This document shows, one piece after another, positions 38,815-51,970 of a stretch of DNA of 64,000 nt. Position numbers and translations under genes: made by a program. Under the pieces are notes generated by a model. That model searched no databases. It was not told where the DNA came from and was given only the letters and a program-made list of their open reading frames with translations. Positions within the stretch are counted from its first letter, which is position 1. Each line of letters opens with the position of its first letter. Source of the stretch: Octopus vulgaris (Eukaryota); NCBI GenBank assembly GCA_951406725.2, contig OX597826.1, positions 7,378,001 through 7,442,000 on the forward strand, written 5' to 3'.

Positions 38815-39030
38815 TTTCCTTTTACTTGTTTCAGTCATTAGACAGCGGCCATGATGGAGTACCGCATTTAGTCGAACAAATCGTCACCAGGACTTATTCT
38901 TTCAAAGCCTAGAACTTATTCGATCGGGCTCTTTTGCCGAACCGGTTAGTAATATGGACATAAACACACCAAAATCGGTTGTCAAGCGAAGGTGTGGGGA
39001 CAAACACAGACGCAGAAATACATACGTACA
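38815..39030 (-). mobile_element. 3' half of SINE family B
   Basis: TTTTACTTGTTTCAGTCATTAGACAGCGGCCATG...CTTTTGCCGAACCG..AAATCGGTTGTCAAGCG. Confidence 0.85.
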
Positions 39031-39678
39031 TACATACATACATACATACATACATACATACATACATACATACATACATACATACCTCAAATAAAACCAG
39101 GTTGTGAACTGCTCACCAGAACAAAAAGAGAAAACGATTATGCCTGAGCATTTTCCCCCAAAATTTGAAGGTCACACTAATATCAACATGAAGTGCAGCT
39201 TGCTTAGACTTGCAACCACTACGTCTCAACACATTTCAAATGCGATGCGCTGGCAAACGAAGAACATAAGAGAGTTACAAAACAACTAATAAACTAAAGA
39301 GGTAGTGAAGCTCTTGAAGCCCCGTGACTCAACCGAAAATATCGATTATGCTACATTTTCGTGGAAGGCATCACGCATGTAATCATCGGCTTACCAAAAA
39401 TGTCATTGGGTTGGCCTTCATAGGTCACAGAGTACGTATATAAAGCAAAGCAAAGCAAAGCAGGGGAGTTTATTCATAATGTATTTAGTTATATTTTAAC
39501 TGAATTTCATGAACACACGCTCCTGTTTGGTTTTGGTTGGTTATATATATATATATAGATGAATACATAGATAGATAGATATACATTCATATACACATAT
39601 GCATATATATATGTATATAGATAGTTGTATGTATGTATATATATATATATAATATAATAGATAGATAGATAGACAGAC

Positions 39679-39778
<100 letters not shown>

Positions 39779-40318
39779 CATAATATCAGTGTTGTGCAGC
39801 CAAAATAAAATGTTCTTTGTATTTATTTTATCTAATATTATTTGTTATCTATTTATACATTTGTTCATCTTCTGATATTTTCTCTAAAATCTTGTATTCA
39901 ATGGTAATAGATTTGAAAAATACGAAAGTAAATTGATTTAAATATTTCACATTCCTCCCAATATAAACTGCAGCGAACTTAACTTCTGTATTAAATATAA
40001 AATAAATTTCATTTGATTTTCTTGGATTTAAGGAAAGAAATATCAAATCCAACTCTGAAACATAATCAGAGGGAAAATAAATATTTGTAATCTTCTATGA
40101 TGAGTTCTCGTGGAGGAGAGGAATTTCTAAGAGATCTAATAGAAAATATTCCAAGTAATTCACGGTTCTTAGGGCTGAGTCAATTAGATTTTGATACAAG
40201 TGGAAATTGTTTGAAATATGGACAACGAGAACTACAAAGAGTCGTTTTAATTCACGTTTCAACCACAACACAAACACACACACATGTATAGGTATATGTA
40301 TGTTGTGTGTATGTATGG

Positions 40319-40389
<71 letters not shown>

Positions 40390-40619
40390 CATTTATATGA
40401 ATATGTAATCACGTCTATGTGCAAGCGCGTAATATAGTGGTTAAAATGTTGTACTCATGAACGTTAAGACTTTGGTCTCGAATCCTAGACTAGGAGATGT
40501 GTTGAGCTCTTCAAAAAAAAAAAATAATAAAACCACTCCATTTCACGATGTTGCACTCCATTCAGCTGTCAGAAAGGAGTGTGCCTGCGACCGACCATCA
40601 CAGTAACCTTTTTACCATG

Positions 40620-42150
40620 GAATTCTTCAACCATATTTGAAGCTCAGATTGTTGTCTTACTCTTATTGTTTCATCCTTCTCAAAACATCAGGTCTCTTGT
40701 TTATCCTTCATGACTTCGTTAAAACAAGTTTTTAGTAGGTATTTCTATAAGTTCTTCATTATTCTTCAACAGTTGTATTTCTAGATCTGCATCAGATATC
40801 ATATAAAAGTATCCTGTCAGCATATTTGTCCCTCATTTTGTTTGTGGAAAATTTAATAATTCTACAAAAATTTTCTGTAGAGTATACAAAATTCAGTTAT
40901 TATTTTCTTGCTTTTCTGTCTAGTCCAATTAACAATATATCTCAATGCTGGAACTGATAAACTATTGAAGTCTATTAACTTATATTTGCCTTCAGCTATA
41001 TTTTCAGTATTAATGTAATTTCCTAAACTTTTGTTTCATCTGCGTGTTGTTCTCTGATTAGTTCATTGATATTTAACTATTTCTAAGTCTGCGTTTGAAA
41101 TAAATCTCATTCCTTTGTCTCATTACGTAATATAATATTAATGGTTACAGTTCGCTTTCCTCTATTTAAATTTCTCCTTGTGTTTAACTTTTCTAATTTC
41201 TGTTTCGACGAAATTAATCTGATAAACCCGTGAATAATCTATAGCAGAGTTTCGGCAACTTTATCCGATACAGCATCAAACTTTTCATCCATATACATCA
41301 TGCAGCTGAATGGGCTGTTTTTTCACCATGTTTTTTTTATGTGCCCTTTTCAAGCCTAGCCAGGATCATGGGTCCGGTTTCCCGGTTTCTGTGGCGTATG
41401 TGTTCCCAGCAGGTGGACGGGACGCCAGTCCATCGCAGCGTTACTCAAGAAACAGGAAGGAAGAGTGAGAGAAAGTTGGGGCGAAAGAGTACAACAGGGG
41501 TCACCAGCCCCTTCCAGAGCTACGTGGAGCTTTAGGTGTTTTCGCTTAATAAACACACACAACGCCCGGTCTGGGAATCGAAACCGCGATCCCCCGACCG
41601 CGAGTCCGCTTACCTAGCCACCTCCACTGCTTTTTCACCATAGTATTTATATTCGAGCTGTAACTTGTTAAATATGTTGCTTAAATGTAGAAGTCGTGCA
41701 AACCGAATGTCTTCTATGAATATTCATTTTCTAGTAGAGTTAGGTTTCATATAATATATTCTATTTTGTCTATATGTAAAGAGTTTCGGGACATTTAATC
41801 GTGACGTGTTTAATCCATTCCACCGGGTCTTGGAAAAGAGCCCAACCATTGCGGCACTCGTATTATTACTTTATGTTCATGTTGCTGCTTCTGTTACTGT
41901 TGTCACTGCTAAAACATATCGGTGTCCGGCAGGTATTCTTGCCATTAGTATTCAAAGTAATTGAGAATCTATAGAGTTCCTTTTTTTCTTTTTCATAGTT
42001 GGTGCTGGTATTTCTTGAGATATCTCGTTCCATTTGTTGTGTATACTGATGTTTTCTATTCATTATTTTTTTCATAACTGATTCAACGTTAATCTGCATC
42101 GTTTCTGAATTTTTTTTCTTAGCAGTGTCTCTTCGTTCGTCATACAGTTT
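40620..42150 (-). pseudogene. Highly decayed RLE-type LINE remnant interrupted by a SINE
   Basis: The minus strand near 40870-41000 gives KYKLIDFNSLSVPALRYIVNWT and, in another frame, LDRKARK, resembling the post-RT segment seen in the 13.5-kb LINE. The rest is only weakly recognisable. Confidence 0.45.
41330..41627 (-). mobile_element. SINE family C (head H1 + tail T1) with a 14-bp TSD
   Basis: Flanks TGTTTTTTCACCAT (41316-41329) and TGCTTTTTCACCAT (41628-41641). The reverse complement reads GCGGACTCGCGGTC..GGTTTCGATTCCCAGACCGGGCG...GCTGCGATGGACTGGCGTCCCGTCC, ending in an A-rich tail. Confidence 0.9.
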
Positions 42151-42735
42151 AAATAAAATAAATCTATATTGTTACAAATGTGTGGTTCCAAAACTCGTAC
42201 AAAACAGCTTAAGATGTTTTATAAATAATTTTTGTTCCTTCTGTTTTGAAATTCAAATTCTAGTTTCAATAAATTTACCGTTCATTCCTCCAGAGTAAGG
42301 ATTCTCCATAGTGTGGTGTTGTGTAAGTTAAGATATATCCTGTATAATTAAATGGCAGTTGAGAAATAAAAACGATACTGATTTGAATTCAACATTTCTC
42401 TGCTGTATCTTAGTGTCTTCTTATGCAGATCCTTAAATAATGTTAGGAGATAAAACGGAACTATAGCATTATGAGTAAAGTTCAAGTGAGCAAGAATGAG
42501 AAATTATCTTCCATCATAAGCCTGCGTCGATATACGCCCTTTGAATGAATTTATATGAAGGAAACTGTTCGGAATCCTGCTGCATAAACTGTCAATTTGT
42601 TATGCGCTATACTTAAACCTACGCATGGTATAACAATATCATGTCGTCATAGAGTGGATTCAGTGGGGACTATTCTTTAGCAAGCTGCAAGACCTTATAT
42701 TCTGTCCCAGTATAACATATTATTCACGCATACTC

Positions 42736-43115
42736 TCTCTCTTTACTCTTGTACTTGTTTCAGTCATTTGACTGCGGCCATGCTGGAGCACCGCCTTTAG
42801 TCGAGCAAATCGACCCCAGGACTTTGTAAGCCTAGTACTTATTCTATCGGTTTCTTTTGCCGAACCGTTAAGTTACGGGGACATGAAACACCAGCATCGG
42901 TTGTCAAGCGATGTTGGGGGGACAAACACAGACACACAAACACAGACACACATATATATATATATATATACATGTACACGATAGGCTCCTTTCAGTTTCC
43001 GTCTACCAAATCCACTCACAAGGCTTTGGTCGGCCTGAGGCTATATTAGAAGACACTTGCCCAAAGTGCCGCGCAGTGGGACTGAACCCAGAACCGTGTG
43101 GTTGGTAAGCAAGCT
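42736..43115 (-). mobile_element. SINE family B, near full length
   Basis: Reverse complement of 3537-3950 and 59445-59850. Confidence 0.9.
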
Positions 43116-43263
43116 GTAGAGTGAAGACTATCTGGTAAGTAAGCTTTATAATTATTCAAAATATTTTAAACGGTGTATATTGGGTTAGAACTACTACAGA
43201 ATACATATTGACGCAGTTGCCATTGAGTAAATTCAACATACAATAAAGATATTTTAAATATAA

Positions 43264-43660
43264 CTAGCAGTATCGCCCGCCGTTGCTCGGGTTTGTAAGG
43301 GAAATAACTATATAAGCATTTTTAGAGAGTTATAGCCCCAAAATAGCAAAAAAAATGCATTAAAAATGGAAAAAAAAATTATGGTAATTTTTTTTTAAAT
43401 CGTTGACTCATCGTAAACATTTATAGAGAGTTACTTCCCTTATATAATAGCGAAAAAATGCATGAAAATGGAAAAAATGATGGTAATTTTTTTTTAAATC
43501 GTAGACTCATCGTAGACGCGCTCTAATACCCAGAAGGGCTCGATATGAATCACGACTATAAGATACCCGGTTTTGGTTAAACTGCACTGCAAAATGTGGG
43601 AGTAGTTAGGAATCTAAATCGTAGGAGACAGACACACAACTTCACTTTTATATATAAAGA
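43264..43660 (-). mobile_element. Non-autonomous Helitron
   Basis: The minus strand starts A|TCTTTATATATAAAAGTG and ends CCCGAGCAACGGCGGG-CGATACTG-CTAG|T: 5' TC, 3' GC-rich hairpin plus CTAG, A/T target and no TSD. Contains an internal tandem duplication of about 100 bp. Confidence 0.88.
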
Positions 43661-43940
43661 TATCAAGAATTGAATGAACCGGGCTTCGATGACGTAGGAT
43701 TTAAAAGGAAGATGGAGTTTCTTAGAATGGAGTGAAAATAACATTTGCAATAGTTTTGAATTAGATAGGTATCTCTATGGACCACATGAAATGTATTCAG
43801 AATTTTCGCTACCAAAGTGACATATGTACGCAGGTATTCATCCTGATGTAATGCACACACGGTTGTATACATATATAAATATATACAAGAGATTTCGATG
43901 TTTATATATATATATGCCACCTGGATTTTACATTTATATG

Positions 43941-43993
<53 letters not shown>

Positions 43994-44131
43994 ATGTATG
44001 CATATATATATATTTATATACCATCTGGATTTTATATGTATATATACACACACACTCATACAATATACATACATATATTGTCCGAATTTTATACGTAGAT
44101 GTGCATATATATCTATCTATCTATCTATCTA

Positions 44132-44197
<66 letters not shown>

Positions 44198-44496
44198 CAT
44201 ACATACATATAATTGTATATACACCAATATACATGCATACATGCTAAATATAATACATATACTAAACATACATTTGTATATATACATACATGTGTGTGTA
44301 TGAGTGGGGTGGGATGTATGTGTGTGTATAAATTCAGGTTATGTTATAACTGATGACGTAACATTATAAGTATACTCAGCCAGAGCTCTGGTTGACTTGC
44401 ATCTTAAACATCATAATTGAATTTCTTCTAACATTGATTACATCCCCTTCAGCATCTTCGTCTCTTCTTACCTACAATCCGTGGCGGTCTTTATTA

Positions 44497-44822
44497 TGGA
44501 GCACTCCGTCGGTTACGACGATGAGGGTGACAGCTGATACGATCAACGGAACAGCCTGCTCGTGAAATTAACGTGTAAGTGACTGAGCAATCCACAGACA
44601 CGTGTACCCCTAACGTTGTTCTCAGGGAGATTCAGCGTGACACAGAGTGTGACAAGGCCGGCCCTTTGAAATGCAGGTACAACTCATTTTTGCCAGCTGA
44701 GTGGACTGGAGCAACGTGAAATAAAGTGTCTTGCTCAAGGACACAACGCATCGCCGGGAATCGAACTCACGACCTTACAATCGTCAGTCGAATGCCCTAA
44801 CCACTAAGCCGCGCGCCTTCAC
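44497..44822 (-). mobile_element. SINE family C (head H2 + tail T2) with a perfect 15-bp TSD
   Basis: TGGCGGTCTTTATTA at 44482-44496 and 44823-44837. Reverse-complement head GTGAAGGCGCGCGGCTTAGTGGTTAGGGC..GAGTTCGATTCCC. Confidence 0.92.
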
Positions 44823-45099
44823 TGGCGGTCTTTATTACGATGACGTTCTTCTCGTTCCTACCGGGATATTTAAACCAGCACGAGAATGAAATGGAAAAGC
44901 CCTAGTAAGTATTTCGCTCCCTTTAACTTCTCTATTTTGTTTCTCGAAAGGGAATCAAAAAAGCTAACTTCGACGTAACCTTAGATAGATTTGAACTCTT
45001 CTTTATACTGCCCGTTCAACAAGCCTAAGGTGTTTCTAAAATATATTGACATTCAGTCGAATTAATACAAAAGATAAAAATATAGTTACCTTCTCTTGT

Positions 45100-45318
45100 C
45101 TTGCCGTCTCGCAAGGGCCGGTTTTCCCAGTCTTATGCCGTATAAATTCCCCGCCTGGACGGGTGTCCCTGATTATTCATTTTTGCCATCTGAGTGGAAT
45201 AGAGCAACATGAAATGGAGTGTTTTGCTCAGGAACACAACGCATCGCCTGCTCCAGGAATGGAAACCACAATCTTACGATCATGAGTCCAACAACCTAAC
45301 CACCAAGCTACTAACCTC
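45100..45318 (-). mobile_element. Degenerate SINE family C (H2-type)
   Basis: GAGCAACATGAAATGGAGTGTTTTGCTCAGGAACACAACGCATCGCC...CCTAACCACCAAG. Confidence 0.7.
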
Positions 45319-45346
45319 AACTTTAATTCATATAAATCGGTTGTAA

Positions 45347-45449
45347 ACAGTGATATCAATACCATCTCCATTAGAATATCGGATCTTTCACCAAATGACA
45401 GTGATATCAATAATATCTCCATTAGAATATCGGATCTTTCACCAAATGA
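45347..45449. repeat. Tandem duplication, 51-bp period, 2 copies
   Basis: ACAGTGATATCAATA(CC/AT)ATCTCCATTAGAATATCGGATCTTTCACCAAATG occurs twice. Confidence 0.92.
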
Positions 45450-46051
45450 AGACATCATTACTAACTAAACTTTATTTGCTGACGGATTCAGTGACAAAAT
45501 AAAATTTTTATCAAATACGAAGACTAAATATTACTTAACCTGACTGAACTCTGGAAGACTATGCACAGTTCTTTGGAATCCCGCAGAGTAACTTATCTAA
45601 CTAGAGATAGCAACACTCGCCCCAATCTTCTATGTCATAATCGTACTTTATCCTATATGTCTCTCTATTTAATCTTACACGCGAGATTAAACTCATGATA
45701 GATAATCCCAGGCTGAAAACTGGATCCCTGAAAACCTTCTAAAAGCGCAAATACCATAGCCTCATGATTACCCAATCAAAGTGGGACGAAACCATTCTTC
45801 CATATACACCCAACTTTTCATTAAACGTTAATACCTTATTTAAGCATCGTTTTTTTGTTTTAGCATAAAACTATGTTCTGTGGCATTTTAAGCGTAGTCA
45901 TTGCAACGTCTTCGAGTAACTTAGACAAGATTATCAAATGCGTCCATAAAATTTTAAGACTAGAATTTGTGATGTGAGAGGAGAATGAACCGATCATTAT
46001 ATGAAGTCGAGTTACTATAAACAGGATTCCTTGCTGGCTGCTATCATCGTT

Positions 46052-46300
46052 GTGGAAACGCGTGGATTAGTGTTTAGGGTGTTTGACTGATGATCATAAT
46101 ATTGCGGTTTCGATTCTTTGATCGGGTGATGCGTTGTTTTCTTTAGCAGAACACTTCATTTCACGTTGCCCAAATCCACTCAAATGGCAAAACTGAGCAA
46201 CCCTGCGGCGGGCCGGCGTCCTATCCAGGTAGAGAATTTATATGACAGGTAACAGAGAAATTTACCTTTATGAGTCAATATGATTCGAGAAGGTAGATTC
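46052..46300 (+). mobile_element. Degenerate SINE family C (H2 + T1)
   Basis: GTGGAAACGCGTGGATTAGTGTTTAGGGTG...ACACTTCATTTCACGTTGC...CCCTGCGGCGGGCCGGCGTCCTATCCAGG. Confidence 0.75.
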
Positions 46301-46664
46301 GTGTTTTTTTTTTTTATTGTCATCTTTAAGGATTTGCTGTAAGGGCCAGTATAGAAGATCAGCAAATAATATAAAGAGTAAGAATTCCTTGTTAAGCATA
46401 AATTATATTCTGAAGATGTTGTATCAGCGGAGACATGGATTCTTACTATACTGCGTATTTCAAGAAAAGACAAATATAAGCAAATGTCTTGGAACAATGA
46501 TAGTTGTTTGTGTGTTGATATGACAATTTTGGGTGGGAGGATTTAGAAATAGGGAAGGGCGATAGAATTCCATATGAAAAGTAGGCAACCGTTCTGGTAA
46601 ATGTTTCTACTCATTTCTCACCAGTGAAACATTTGAGAAATATATGGAGTGACTACATTTATCC

Positions 46665-46983
46665 TGATGATTATGAGGGTGATGATGATGATGATGATGA
46701 GGAGGAGGAGGAAGAGGAGGAGTATGTTGATGATGATGATGATGATGATTATGGTGATGATGACGGCGGTAATGGTGATGATAATGATGATCATGATGAT
46801 AATGATGATGATGACAGTAATGGTGATGATGAGGAGGCAGAGGAGGAGGAGGAGAAGGAGGCAGTGAGGCTGGGGGCAGAGGAGGAGGACAATGATGACA
46901 ACGATGATGATGATGATGATGATGATGTTGATGATGATGACGATGATGATGATGATGATGATGATAGTAATGATGGTGAGGTA

Positions 46984-47013
<30 letters not shown>
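46665..47013. repeat. (GAT)n/(GAG)n degenerate trinucleotide repeat
   Basis: Directly visible. Confidence 0.95.
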
Positions 47014-47015
<2 letters not shown>

Positions 47016-48866
47016 AACAGTATTTATAAAAGGTTAAATAATCACAAGACGAACATATTCTGGGATTCACGTCAATCCAGACGAAGGGAGAGAGAGAGAG
47101 AGAGAGAGAGCGGCAGAGAGAGAGAGACAGGGAGACAGAGACACACAGTGAGATAGACAGTCAGAAAAAGAAAAAAAGAGAGAGAGAGAGAAAGAGGGAG
47201 AGAGATAAAGAGAGATAGAGAAAGAGAGATCAAGGAAATTCAGCCGGGTATTGTTTGTCAAGGACTGTTTGGTAAAGGAATCGCCGCCTGATAGAAGTAT
47301 CAGTCACAACAGACAACAATGCTTCTTTAAAAGAAACGGAGAAATTATTGGAATATAAAGATCTAGATATAGTGATAACCAGAATGCGGAGAAGGAATTC
47401 AAACAATTACTATGCGATAATAGATGCCTTGGGAATGATTAAAAAAAGATGAAAAACAAATACACATAACCCCGACCGCAAGACTTACACATATACACAA
47501 TACGCTGATAATAGTTCTGTTAGTAAAAGCACACGTATTAGGTTGAGTATTTTCTATGCAATAATAACTAGGAAGACAAAACAAAACACTGCATGTACCC
47601 ATGGGACACAGTGCTGCGTTCGAATGTGCAGTGAAAGCACGTAATAAAAATAAGATGACTGAAGAATAATATTACTAAAGTACTAATAATATTGGTTGAG
47701 CAAATGATAGAATCGAATCGAATCCTTCATTTCTTTGTTTTGATTTTTTTTTTTACTTGTTCTTTCTTATGCATCATTTTATATTGTGTTCTATCGAATT
47801 GGCTGGGTTATTGTTGCATTTTGACCTCGGAGTGGAGTAAGTATGGCACAAGATCTTCTTAACACCCAAATTGGCAAATTAGGAAAGCCTGAGTGACAGC
47901 ACATGAACTAAATCAAAAACTGATTTTATAGGTTTCCATCAACGCTTAATAAAATAAATTCCACGTCCAGTCAAAGATTAAAAGCTTCCTATTGATCCAA
48001 GTCAATTGAACTTTTGTACATAATCATTGAGAAAGAGAGTAGGAGGAATATAAGGGGGGAGGAAAGATGAAGAAGAGAGAGAGAGACAGAAATAAAAATA
48101 TAGCAGAGTAAAGAGATGAAGAAAGGAAGAATGATATTGAGGGAGTGAAAAGGAGTCGGTGAAAGAGTGGAAGATATGAGCGTAAGAGAGTGTATGAATG
48201 AAATACAAAATGTACGGCAGAAAATACACCGCTTTTTTTTTGTTTTTGTTTTTCTTTTCTATCTCTCACTTTCTCTCGTGTCTTTCTTTCTTTCCGCCAT
48301 TTCTTCTCTGTCTTTCTCTCTTGTTTTTCTTTCTTTCTTTCCTTTATTTTTAAACGTTGTACTATCAGTGACATCGGGAAAAGGTCATAACCAGCTTTAA
48401 TGGGCACATCACTTCGAAAATAGACCCCAGAATGACTTGGTCACTTTTTATTACTACTGATCGCTAGAGCGAATAAAACGCTTCCCAAAATTACAGAGTA
48501 GGCAAAAAGCCTTTTATCCTCGCCATTTTTTCTTTCTATTTTCCTCACTGTTTTCTTGCCTTTTTTATACTCTCACCTCTCATTCGTTCTTTTTCTAATT
48601 CTTTTCTCTTATTTTTTGTTGTTGTTGATGCATTCATTAATATATTTTTTCATCATCTTCATTATTTTAGCTTTATATTTATTTTTATTGTGCTTCATTC
48701 GTAATACCAGTCGTATAACATAGACAGAGAGAGAGGGAGAGAGACTGAGAGACTGAGCGAGAGAGAGAGTGAGAGAGAGAGAGATGGAAAGCGAATGCTG
48801 ACTTCACATTCATAGCACACATTTTTAAGGAGTTATTCGATCTTGATCATGACTTTCATCACTGTC

Positions 48867-48870
<4 letters not shown>

Positions 48871-48906
<36 letters not shown>

Positions 48907-49083
48907 CAACAACAACAACACAACAAAAAAAACAAAAACAAATAGCATCATCGTCGTTGACATCATTGTCAGCGACATCATCAACATAACCATCATCATC
49001 ACTAGCATCATCACCATCTTCATCACCATCGTTGTCATCGTCGGCTTCGTCGTTATCATCATCATCATCATCATCATCATCAG

Positions 49084-49115
<32 letters not shown>

Positions 49116-49152
49116 GCATCACTGTCATCGTCGTCGCCATTGTTATCATCAG

Positions 49153-49183
<31 letters not shown>

Positions 49184-49454
49184 GGTATTATCATCCTTAT
49201 CATCAACATCATTATCACCTACATCATCGTTATCACCACTATCATATTCCTGATATCATCAGCTTCTCCATCATCATGAACGCCTCCACCATTACCATTT
49301 CTGCCACCACCGCTACCATCACCAACACCATTACCAACACTGCCTCACCACCACTACCATCAACACTACCACCATAACCACCATCATTATCGTCATTATC
49401 ATCATCACTACCATATCATCATCATCAACATCATCATTAGCATAATCACCACAA

Positions 49455-49486
<32 letters not shown>

Positions 49487-49655
49487 TCATCATCACCAGC
49501 ACGAAGATTGTTTTCATTATCAGCACCATCATAAACATCATAGCCATCCGATTCCACCCCCACTTCCTCATCCTCCACCTGCTTCACTTCATCATCATCA
49601 TAATCATCACTACCATCATTATCGTCATGATAGCCCTGTTTTTTTATTCATTGTC

Positions 49656-49710
<55 letters not shown>

Positions 49711-49720
49711 GTTATCATCA

Positions 49721-49780
<60 letters not shown>
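48871..49780. repeat. (TAA)n, (CAT)n/(CAC)n and (ATT)n trinucleotide field
   Basis: Directly visible. Confidence 0.95.
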
Positions 49781-49783
<3 letters not shown>

Positions 49784-49964
49784 ATCAACTTTCGATACTG
49801 CTAACACAGTCCCTAATTAATATCTAGCTATCGGTAAAATGCCAATTAATTCACGTTACAAAGAAAGTGATAACTATTTATTTTGTTTCTGTGTGTTTGC
49901 CGCTTTTTGTTGCTTTTTTTATTTGTCATTTTTTTCTTTTCACTTTAGTTATGTTCTATCGATT

Positions 49965-49996
<32 letters not shown>

Positions 49997-50100
49997 GAGG
50001 ATTGTGATGTAGCCTTTGCTGGTGGTACTGATGATGTTTATGCGATGAGGTTTTAGCACTCTGTGTTGCCGCCTCTGATATACATTTCTATGAGTCTGTG

Positions 50101-50131
<31 letters not shown>

Positions 50132-50559
50132 GTATATATATATATTTGTGTGTGTGTGAGTGTATGTGTATATATATATATGCGTGTGTGTGTGTGTGTG
50201 TGTATACATGGGTATGTGCGCCTTAGTTTGTGCATACATATATACACTAAACACACATGGAAACATACAGCCATACATATAAATGTATGCACGTGCGCAC
50301 ACGCACGCACGCACACGCACACACACATATATAGACATACATATATATGTATGTATATAAATATATATATATACATATATATATATGTATGATACATACA
50401 CACATATGCATATGTATGCATGTGTTTATACACGTGTGTGTATGTGTGTGTTTGTGTGCGTGTGTGTGTGTGTGCGTAAACATCGGCGTTCTAGCATGAA
50501 AAGAATCCATGAGAATGTAATCCATCATTGCAAAACATCATCAACTCTGATAGCAAGGA

Positions 50560-51970
50560 CATGTGAAGAGGATGCCCTGGCGTGTGTACGCACAAACAGA
50601 TTCTGCTGCATTTTGAACTTAGTAAAGGTCACTGCCAAACGGGTACATCTAAGAAGTACTTTCGCGACTTTGTGGCGATAAGACCATGCCACTGTTTAGA
50701 ATCAAATTGAACACCTCGGAAACTGCATCCACCAAACACAAATCCTTGACTTCATGTTTTGTATTATTTCACTTCATATTGGCCTAGAATACAGTTCTAA
50801 CGTATCTGATATTTTCATCAGATTCTTAGATATTTGCGTCGATTTTGACAAACTCCGTTTCCACCGTTCCGTTTACTACAATCCCACCGATCCACAATGC
50901 TTTTTATACCTGAGGTGCACCACACCGACTAGCAAACGTAAGCAATTTCCCCGACATTGTCGATAATGGAACACCGGCTTGGACTATAAATAACAAATCT
51001 GAAAATTCGCGACGATTTTACTTTTTTATTTGACGGCATTGGCAATCAAATGTGGAACTTGAATTGCATCCGGTTCAAGCCATCTTGATAACAATGTATG
51101 CTTACTTCGTACAAGCGACCTTACAAGTCGCCTGTTATTTTCCTTTACCGATCATCCAGTCACATTTTTCGCGTAGATTCATATTCGTAGATTCATATTC
51201 GTAAGCAGTCATCAAGTTCTTAGCTCTCTTGATAATCTACAAGCTCCCATTGCTGCCTTCCCAGCAATAAAGTTATTAGAGAAATCCCTGCTTACATTCT
51301 CGCTCTTTATCTCTCATCATGTGTTATTTTACCTGCACACAAGACACCTCTCTCAATTTCAAATCTTATCACACTTTCCTCAACTCTACACACTCAAGCA
51401 AGTACAATATCAAAATTATTATTTCTTGTCATTCTCCACGAGTTCCACGTTCTAAAGGACTATTCTCGAAGTAAGACATTTCTTTCATTCGTTGGAAACG
51501 CTATTACCGGCATCATCGTTTGTATCCTTCCAACAAGGTAAGAATCACAGCAAAAGTTGACTTAGTATCTACCTAACACATCACGTCCTCTGCACCCAAC
51601 TAGGTACTTTCAATTACATTTGTTGCATAAACCAGCCCTGTCTCTGCATCGATAAAACCTATGCGTCTCATTTCTTAGTATCAGATCATTGAATACATCA
51701 ACAAATATTATATTCTGCCCCACATGGAAACTCAGCAGTGTCCTCCGCATTTATCACAGGGATCTTTGCTTCGCTTATCGCTTCCACTGTTGTAACTTTC
51801 TCTATCAGAAACAGGCCTCCCACGATGTCACATCATATAAATACACTTAGTAACTCTTTTGATTTCATCTCCATTTCATACAAGTCATTATACTTTACAA
51901 ATCACGCAGAAAAAAGCTTCATATTAAACCACGAAACATATTTTTTCTGTAGGTTCCAATGAAAGCTTCT
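50560..51970 (+). pseudogene. Decayed Penelope-like element (RT C-terminal part, possible GIY-YIG remnant)
   Basis: IRFLDICVDFDKLRFHRSVYYNPTDPQCFLYL resembles the Penelope FLD....SVY.KPTD...YL motif, and RLLFSFTDHP resembles PLVLTYHP. The downstream endonuclease part is only weakly recognisable. Confidence 0.65.

Noticed and set aside
46624-47037. Asp/Glu-rich 137-aa ORF resembling an acidic biomineralisation protein
   Set aside because: A degenerate (GAT)n/(GAG)n microsatellite with several frames open, no signal peptide and no evident splice context; similar tracts occur elsewhere in the window.
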